A stretch of DNA of 64,000 nt from Geosiphon pyriformis uo1 (Eukaryota; Fungi; Glomeromycota): the NCBI GenBank assembly GCA_016748015.1, contig JAAOMT010000372.1, positions 186,001 through 250,000 of the forward strand. The letters are read 5' to 3'. Of this stretch, positions 55,704-64,000 are shown in pieces (positions within the stretch are counted from its first letter, which is position 1; every line of letters starts with the position of its first letter). The notes beneath the pieces were generated by a model. It made no database searches and was not told the DNA's origin. It saw only the letters and a list, made by a program, of their open reading frames with translations. The position numbers and the translations under genes were made by a program.

Positions 55704-56410
55704 NNNNNNNNNNNNNNNNNNNNNNNNNNNNNNNNNNNNNNNNNNNNNNNNNNNNNNNNNNNNNNNNNNNNNNNNNNNNNNNNNNNNNNNNNNNNNNNNN
55801 NNNNNNNNNNNNNNNNNNNNNNNNNNNNNNNNNNNNNNNNNNNNNNNNNNNNNNNNNNNNNNNNNNNNNNNNNNNNNNNNNNNNNNNNNNNNNNNNNNNN
55901 NNNNNNNNNNNNNNNNNNNNNNNNNNNNNNNNNNNNNNNNNNNNNNNNNNNNNNNNNNNNNNNNNNNNNNNNNNNNNNNNNNNNNNNNNNNNNNNNNNNN
56001 NNNNNNNNNNNNNNNNNNNNNNNNNNNNNNNNNNNNNNNNNNNNNNNNNNNNNNNNNNNNNNNNNNNNNNNNNNNNNNNNNNNNNNNNNNNNNNNNNNNN
56101 NNNNNNNNNNNNNNNNNNNNNNNNNNNNNNNNNNNNNNNNNNNNNNNNNNNNNNNNNNNNNNNNNNNNNNNNNNNNNNNNNNNNNNNNNNNNNNNNNNNN
56201 NNNNNNNNNNNNNNNNNNNNNNNNNNNNNNNNNNNNNNNNNNNNNNNNNNNNNNNNNNNNNNNNNNNNNNNNNNNNNNNNNNNNNNNNNNNNNNNNNNNN
56301 NNNNNNNNNNNNNNNNNNNNNNNNNNNNNNNNNNNNNNNNNNNNNNNNNNNNNNNNNNNNNNNNNNNNNNNNNNNNNNNNNNNNNNNNNNNNNNNNNNNN
56401 NNNNNNNNNN
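55704..56410. other. Assembly gap
   Basis: N run within Gypsy-A3 pol. Confidence 0.99.
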
Positions 56411-59400
56411 CTTCAAATACTTCCATATCAGTTTCAATGCTGATGCCATTAATGTGGACAGGAATAGCTTTGGCTATGCCAAGCCCTTTTTTCTTATCAC
56501 CATGCACATTGGTCATTGGTCATGTGGATGGTTCATCAATTTTTCTGCCAATTGCTTCAAGAAAGTGTTTAGCAATAACACTAACAGATGATCCACTGTC
56601 TAGGATCAAATCAATGAAGTAGCCAGCCACTTGGGCTTTGCAAATTAGAGGAGTGACATTGTTATTGTCAGCAAGTCCAGCTTGGCAAGGGCATTTGTTG
56701 GTTTTGGGTGTCTTTTTCTTTGGAATCAGAGATTTGCGAAGATTTTTTCTGAATTGTGGATGGGTTATCAATTGGCCAAAGGTTATATGTGCTGGGGTTT
56801 CCATGAGGTCTTTGACAACAGAATAGGGGCCAGATTTTTGTACTATTTCTGGGGGTTCAAACTTTGGAGGGTTCTTGAAAACTTTGGCTTTTGGGGGTTC
56901 ATTGTTGTCAGCAGTTGATGTAAAAGCTTTATTGGGGTCCAGAACGAAATCAACTTTGGCTTTCTTCTTCTTTCTTGTGGATTCAGAGGGGTTGATTGCT
57001 AGTTCATTTATGTTATGGTCATCATCAGTTAAGTTAAAAATGTAAAAAGGGTTTTCTTCTGGTTGGCTTGTACTCTCACCTTTTGGAAATGCGCCTACCA
57101 GTTTAAAGACTGATAAACAGTGGCTTCAACTAGGGGATCCTCTCCAAAGAAATTAATGTTGACATGATTGGGTCTTTGATTGGGAACATTGTTGTTGTTG
57201 TTGGGTCTGTTGTTTTGGTTGTCATTGTTTCTGGGAGCTAGAAGAGGCAGTGGAAGATTGTTACAATTTCTTGAATAATGTTCAGTTAATCCACAACGAT
57301 AGCACACAGGTGGGCCACGATTTTGCTGTCTTTGATAAGGAGGTTGCTGGGGTTGGTTAAAACGAGGTTCATATCTAGGTCTTGGTGATTGCTGGTTATC
57401 TCTGACTGCTTGTGCCAAAGGTTCTAATAACCAGGCAAGATTGGCTGTGAGTCTATCAATTAATTGTTCATTTGGATCTTGAGTTTGGGCAGCAAAAGAA
57501 ACAGCAGCCATTTGAGGGGCAGAAGCCATAAAAGGAGCAGGAGCAAAAACTGGAAGTGTAGATCCCAAATGTATTCTTTAGTTGTCTTCAATTTGTTGGG
57601 CAAGTTCAATGGTTATGTCCATTGTAGGGTTGTCTTTTAGGGCCAAAAGAGGCCAAAGAGCATAAGATAAATTGGTTCTCAATTCTTTTGTGAAGGAATA
57701 AATCTTTTGTTCTTCTGTCCAGTTTCTCTCAGAGTTTACACATTTGATTAGCTTTCTAATAGCTTTGGCATATTCAGTCACTACTTCTCCAGGGCTTTGG
57801 GTTCTTCTTTCCAATTCTATGCACCATTTGGATATTAATATTGGGGTTCTAAACTTGGCCTCAAATCAGATAGTGAAAGAGGTATTTTCTTCTCCAGCAT
57901 TGATTAGTGTTCATCTGATTATTCTGTGTTGAGCATTAATATCTGTTTCTTGTGAGAACCAGGTAGCAAGAGAGTCTTGGAGGTAATCACCAATGATTTG
58001 GAACTTGTATTCTTCATTATACTGGTTGGCTGTGGCAGCTCTCTCAAAATCATCCAATCATTCAATTGGATCTTGTGTATTACCTCTAAATAGTGGTAGT
58101 GGGGTATTGTTTCTTTTTCCTAAAGCAGTTTGTATACCTTGGAGGGCGGCCAGAATGTTTGCTTGCATGGGGTCATTAGCCATTGGTTCAGGGGTAACTG
58201 TTTGTGTAGACAAGTCTGATCTGCTTGATAAAAGGTCAAAAACAGGGGCAGTTTGGTAGCTTTCTTCTTCTGTTTTGAAGAGAGTTTTAGTTGCTTGATG
58301 GGCAGCAATCCAAATGTGGATTTGATGATTCAAATATTCGAAATCAGGGGGCTGTTGTTCAAAGGTTGCAGAATATAAGAGCTGATTGATACTGTTGTTT
58401 CTTTCTTCAAAGTTGTTTTCAAAATAAGCTTGGTCAAAGTAATAGATTATATAAGCTGTGTAAGTTTCAGCTGAATGCTTATTCAGGAACCAGTTCCAAA
58501 AGTCTTGAAATTGTCTACTGGATTGTTTTTCAAGGGGGAAGCAGATCAAGCAGGAGGGCAGAGGATTAAGTTTAATGAAATCTAGGTCGTTTCTGTTGTG
58601 TACTGCAAAGTGTTCTTCTGATTACTGTGGCAGATATAAGTAATCACCCATACAATGAGGGAATAAGTGAATTTTGACAATCTCACAGGGAGCACCACTT
58701 TTATGTTATGGGTTGGAGTAACAAGCTAACGGATAGCAAGGGAGAACAGGATTGTAGGGTGATGGAAATAATCAAAGAGAAATTCAACTTTAAAGAGTGA
58801 ATTGAATGAATATGAATTCAATGTGCGAGATCAGTCTCATAAAATATCTCAGTCACTATTTTTTCAAAGGTAACTGGGGAATCTGAAGGTAGAAGGATAA
58901 TCTGTACTGTCAACAATTAATCACTACTGGTATAATTCTATGCCTCATGTTGGCACTCTTAGAATTCAATATCAGGTATCAACTTGTGCTTTTCAGTTAC
59001 ATTTATTCAAATAATCTTTAAAGCTACAATTATATACATCAGAAAAAGGCCAACAAGTAATCTTTTATCCTAAGATGTTAGGATACTTGAAGGTAAGAAA
59101 AAGAAAATTAGCAATAAGAGAGTGATTGAGATGAAAGTTGTTATTTTTATTTATTTGATTGTTGTTTGTGAGATGATTTTCTACAGCTAAGAGACTCATT
59201 GCTTATATAGTTATTGAAAGTGGTCAATAATCAGGTCAATGATCAGGTCAACAGTCAGGTCATTGATCAGGTTAATGATCACTATCTAAAAATAGAGTGG
59301 CTAATTATATAATATCAATGACTAATACATGTAATAACTAATAAAAATTATGGATTTCAACCATAATACTAGGATCAGGCTACAACAGCAAAAACAGATA

Positions 59401-60685
59401 GTAGACAATATTATCAAAAGACAACAAAACTTTGAACTAAACAAAGGAGCAATGATCAAAAGCATTCTGAACAGAAAAAGATAAAAAATAGTATTGGACC
59501 ATATTATAAAAAAAGGCAAATTTCATGATAATCCAGATGAAATCAAAATATTAGTAAACAAAAAAGCTCAAGAGTGAACTAAAACAAGAATTTTTGAGCC
59601 AGAACTATGGAAAAGTTGGAAACACAGATTTAGGCCAATTGAGAGCATCCCAGATCATGTCTTTGATGGTGTAATGGCTGAAATAACAATTGAAGAATTT
59701 GACCACACATTAAGCCATACACTTCATAACAAAGCCTCTGGCCTATCAGGCATACAAGCTAAACTTTGGAAGAAGTCTGGGCCTAATACCAAGTCTAAAC
59801 TAAGAACATTGCTTAATGCTTGCATAGAAGCAGCAAACATGCCAGAGGAATAGAGGATAGCACAAGTCATATTGATTCCAAAGTCAAAAGAATGGGGTGA
59901 CAATATTGATATTACCAGACTGATCACACTTATTGAAAGCATTAGAAAGATTTTAACAAAGATTTTTATTACAAGAATATTAAAAGCATGTGAGCCCCAC
60001 AATATTCTAAAAGGTTGCAACACCTCAGTTTTAAAAAATATCTCCACAGTAGTGCCAATTCATGTAATTAATGCTGTTGCTGAGCATGCAAGAAAATTTG
60101 ATAATGAGGCTTGATTTATATTTCAGGATATGAAAAAAGCATATGACTCAGTTAGATAGAAACCCATAGAAGCTGCACTAAGGAGGATCAAAATGAACAA
60201 TAGGTTTACTGAGCTTTTTGGCTTAATGCACAACAATAGAAGTAATAAGATCATAACTGAGTTTGGGTTAAGTGATGAATATCAAGTACAAGATGGATTA
60301 GATCAAGGGGAAACAAGCTCACCCATCATGTGGAGAATCTTCTATAACCTCTTACTGTGTAAAGTAAAACAAGCAAATTACTACCAGAGATACCAATTAA
60401 CAGCTAAATAAAAAAAGTGGGACAATTAACCAGACACACAGTCCCTAATAGCATCAGTAAACCACCTTGCCTTTGTTAATGACACAGTGTGGATAGCTAA
60501 CTCAAGACAAGGAATGCAGTGTATTTTGGACACAGCCAGCTCTTTTTTTAGAATGGTGGATATTGAGATCAACTTAGATAAGACTGAAACAATAGTGATT
60601 CAACTCTCCAAGAGGAAATCAGTATTAGTTGAGCCACTAAAATTTGGTCTAAACAAACAAACCTTGAGATTGCTGGACCCATCTA

Positions 60686-62040
60686 CAGGGGGGTATAAAA
60701 AGTATTGAACACTTTTATAATATGTTATATAAAAGAACTAACTTATGAATCATTAATTTTTTATTATTATATTAAAATACATATTAGTATTTTGTTTGAC
60801 CCCTATTTGGTTCAAGAATAGCTTGAACTCGATGTGGCATAGACTTGATCAAATTACGATAGTAATTTACAGGTATTGCATCCCATTTTTTCTTAACTCA
60901 CTGTTCTAATTGTACAATATTTAAGGGTTGTGAATTACATTGACGAATTTTAACTTCAATATATGACCAAAAATTTTCTATTGGAGTAATATCAGGACTT
61001 TGTGCTGGTCAAAGAAGTAATTCAACATTTGAAGAGGTAAGAAAAGAACGCGTAACTTTTGATGTGTTTATTGGTGCATTGTTTTTCTGAAAAAAAAACT
61101 TTTTTTTAGTTTTTTTTGCATGAAGTTTTACTGTAGGAATTGCATAATTAGCCAAGATTTTGTGGTGTATAACTCCAGTAATATGACCAACCAAAGGAAC
61201 TAAAAGACCCAAACCAATCCATAAAAAACATCTCCAAAACATGCGACCAAAGCTTTTTCTAACTGTGGCTGTAATACAATCCTTATGAAACTCTTCAGAA
61301 GGTTTACGCCATACACATCCAAATCTTGTAGTCCTAAATTGTGTATATGTAGATTCATCTGACCAAACAACTCATTTAAAATCTTCTACTGTCCAATTTT
61401 CATAAGTACGAGCCCATTGTAAACGTTTTTCTTTATTTGATTTGGAAATTAATGGCTTGAAATAAGGAATGCACAAGCAAAGTTCTTCTTGAGCTAATCC
61501 ATTTTGAATAGTTTGTATAGAAATAAATTTGTTGGTATCTTTAATAAAATTCAATCATATTTGAGAAAGAGTTTGGTGGTGGGTTTCTTTATTCTCCATT
61601 ATTGAATATCTGAGTTGTTCATGTGCACATTTGTCAAGAATTTGTGGTCAGTCCATTCGTTTTTTAGGAAGTTTTTTTAGCTTGTATGACTTTCATACAC
61701 GTATTACAGAAGAACATGAACATCCAATAGTCATTGAAATCTTACTATTTGTATGTCCTAACTTTTTTGCTAAAATAATCTCTCCTTTTTGGTATTCAGA
61801 AAGTTCTTTTCTAAGACACATTTGATGTGATAAATTTTTTCATGACAAGAATGTTTGATATTTTATAAATACATGTATGATCCACTGTTGTGTTTTACAA
61901 GGACGCAATTTATGTTGATTTGTAGATTATAACTATAAGTAATTATAAAAAAAATTATGGCTTAAATTGGTAATGGTATTACTATATATAGCCTTTTTTA
62001 TATATTATATTAAGTGTCCAATACTTTTTATACCCCCCTG
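60686..62040 (-). mobile_element. Tc1/mariner DNA transposon (1355 bp)
   Basis: 29-bp TIRs CAGGGGGGTATAAAAAGTATTGRACACTT (60686-60714 / 62012-62040) with a TA TSD; LINE sequence is continuous across it. Confidence 0.96.
60784..61821 (-). pseudogene. Tc1-type DDE transposase, disrupted
   Basis: Motifs RLQWAR, VVWSDES, MFWRCF, FQKNNAP, PAQSPDITPIEN, SMPHRVQA. Confidence 0.9.
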
Positions 62041-62451
62041 TACATGCACCCAATATTTAGGAGTATGGATTTGAGCAAATGAAAAAAATGAAACTGTGCT
62101 GAATATGATAAGATCTGATATTAAAGCAGTGTGTGAAGTTATTAGGAAAAAACACATCACTGAAAAACAGGTGATTTACATTTTCAATAGTGTACTTAGT
62201 TCAGCAATAGAATTTAGATTTCAATTAACCCATATACCAAATAGTTGGGCCAAAAGATAGAACTCAAAGATCTCAGCCACTATAAAGAAAAAAGCAAACT
62301 TCTCAGTAGATTTCTCTGCCAGTGCTATGCATCACACATCTTTGTACAACTTATTCAAAATTGATGACATACAGGCAAAAAGCAAGATCACAGATTTGTA
62401 ATGATATTGCTGAGATGGCTACAAAAATCAGACTAGCCAACCTGCAGGCGC

Positions 62452-64000
62452 TGTTACTGGAGGTTTTTGGTTTCTTTTCTTAAATGTTGTTGATGCCTGT
62501 TTGTTGTGAATTCACGTTTTCTGGATGTAATTGAATCTTCAATAACTGAATTTATCTTCAAATTATCTTCTATAATTTGAACTGTTGGGCTTATAAGTGA
62601 AATGGCCAATTTCTTGCCAGTTGCTTTATGTAGTTACATTGTAGTAAATGTTAACTCTTTTCCAGGAATTGCTTGTCTGGAAGCTCACTAAAATGTATAG
62701 TTACTTTGCTGTGAAAGTCAACTCTTTTACAGGAATCTTGTCTGTAGGCTACCCTAATAATTGTAATAAGAAAAGAAAAGAAAAATAAAAGAAATGTAAA
62801 AGAAATAGAATTTTGTCAAGAGAAACGTTTTCTATCCAGACCTGGAGTCACTAACAGTTTACTGAAATTGGTAGCTAATCAATTTCGAAATGTTAGTTGG
62901 ATTTTTGGAGATTTTCCAAGTACAATATTTAAAAAATTTTGGTTTTTTTTTTTTGAATTATTTGATATTTATTTCTTTTTGTGTGTTGTTACCAGAGGTT
63001 TTTGGTCTCTTTTCTTAAATGTTGTTAATGTTGATTTGTTGCGAATTCACATTTCTAGGAAGTAGTTGGACCTCCAGTAACTGAATTTATCTTCAAATTA
63101 TCTCCTATAATTTGAACTTGCTGGACTTATAAGTGGAATGACCAATTCCATGCCAGTTGCTTTATGTAGTTACATTGTAGTAAATGTCAACTCTTTCCCA
63201 GGAATTGCTTGTCTGGAAGCTCACTAAAATGTGTAGTTACTTTGCTGTGAAAGTCAACTCTTCTACAGGGATCTCGTCTGTAGGCTACCCAAATGATTGT
63301 AATAAGAAAATAAAAGAAAAATAAAAGAAATGTAAAAGAAATAGAATTTTGTCAAGAGAAACGTTTTCTATTCAGGCCTGGAGTCACTAGTTTACTGAAA
63401 TTGGTAGCTAATCAATTTCGAAATGTTAGTTGGGTTTTGGGGATTTTCCAAGTACAATAATTAAAGAATTTGGTTTTTTTGAATTATTTGATATTTATTT
63501 CTTTTTGTGTGTATAGGAATGATTTTAAGAGATAAATCTAAAGTAAGATACATTTTCTCGAAGAGAGAAGTTCTTTTTTTTATATAACTTGTTGTAACAC
63601 TATTCTATGAACTTGAACTTTGCTATTTTCTACAATTTTGCTGAACTAAAGATACATTTTGGTGAACTACAAGTTATTTCTGTGAACTATTAGATATTTT
63701 GGTAAACTATCAATTATTTTGGCAAATTTCTACAAATTTTGGTGAACTTTTGAATGTTACATAGTTCAGGGTATTGCATGATTGATTATTACAATTAGGT
63801 TACATTTGTGTTGTGTACAAATTGGGTTATTAATTTAAATGATAATTTCAGACATTTTGCTAATGTAATAAGTGATAATTTGAAACAATAATATATGCTA
63901 ATTAATGATAGGATTTATAAAATAATTTCATGCTAAATAATATCTCTAATTTCATCTAATAACATAACCTTCTTTTCAAGACTGAGCTCCATCAAAGTCC
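62452..64000. mobile_element. Probable LTR of a third family (C); its first ~535 bp occur twice (62452-62986 and 62987-63512)
   Basis: Begins TGTTAC exactly where LINE-A3 homology stops; non-coding; the far end lies outside the window. Confidence 0.6.
63635..63750 (+). repeat. Degenerate ~20-bp tandem repeat (ATTTTGGTGAACTA..)
   Basis: About six visible units. Confidence 0.7.

Larger units (their letters stand above)
51565..59368 (-). mobile_element. Gypsy-A copy 3 (LTR subfamily variant), LTRs 51565-52244 and 58704-59368, inserted in LINE-A3
   Basis: TSD CTAG (51561-51564 / 59369-59372); PBS 58681-58697; gag 57095-58651; pol 52912-57107 (gap 55704-56410). Confidence 0.96.
47897..62451 (+). 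mobile_element. LINE-A copy 3 with intact 5' end (pieces 47897-51564, 59373-60685, 62043-62451)
   Basis: 5' (A)n-CTTTTTTTCTCTC leader, ORF1, then ORF2; continuity is restored after removing Gypsy-A3 and the Tc1 element. Confidence 0.93.
50290..62451 (+). pseudogene. LINE-A3 ORF2 (APE: WKIGTINVRGLN, ITETKL, LDYVF; RT LAFVND), split by insertions
   Basis: The ATG overlaps the end of ORF1; homologous to copy 1. Confidence 0.88.

Noticed and set aside
55533-56622. Long ORFs of 249-356 aa
   Set aside because: Artefacts of the N gap.
63593-63599. TGTAACA as the end of LTR-C
   Set aside because: Not followed by a PBS, PPT or the expected TSD.

Overview
This window is AT-rich eukaryotic DNA made entirely of decayed, nested transposable elements; I find no host gene, RNA gene or CRISPR array. 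It is probably fungal: the proteins recall Glomeromycotina/Geosiphon-type repeats, but that is from memory and unverified. Contents: (i) three copies of an autonomous LINE ('LINE-A': RRM/CCHC ORF1; APE-RT-RNaseH-zinc-finger ORF2; polyA); (ii) seven copies or fragments of a ~2.4-kb non-autonomous retroposon with one ORF1-like protein and no RT ('HAL-like'), which shares both termini with LINE-A and makes 12-15 bp TSDs; (iii) three copies plus a solo LTR of Ty3/Gypsy family A (-1 frameshift site, extra ORF3); (iv) one Ty3/Gypsy family B with dUTPase and an apparently homologous ORF3; (v) a Tc1 transposon; (vi) the start of a third LTR family. TSD-based reconstruction suggests the whole 64 kb sits inside one ancestral HAL-like element. 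The best candidate for an undescribed system is the LINE-A / ORF1-only partner pair, with shared structured 3' tails and variable 5' oligo(A) leaders. The second is the shared non-Env ORF3 of the two Gypsy families. All ORFs are disrupted, mainly by C>T/G>A transitions. Coordinates were read by eye and may be off by a few bases.
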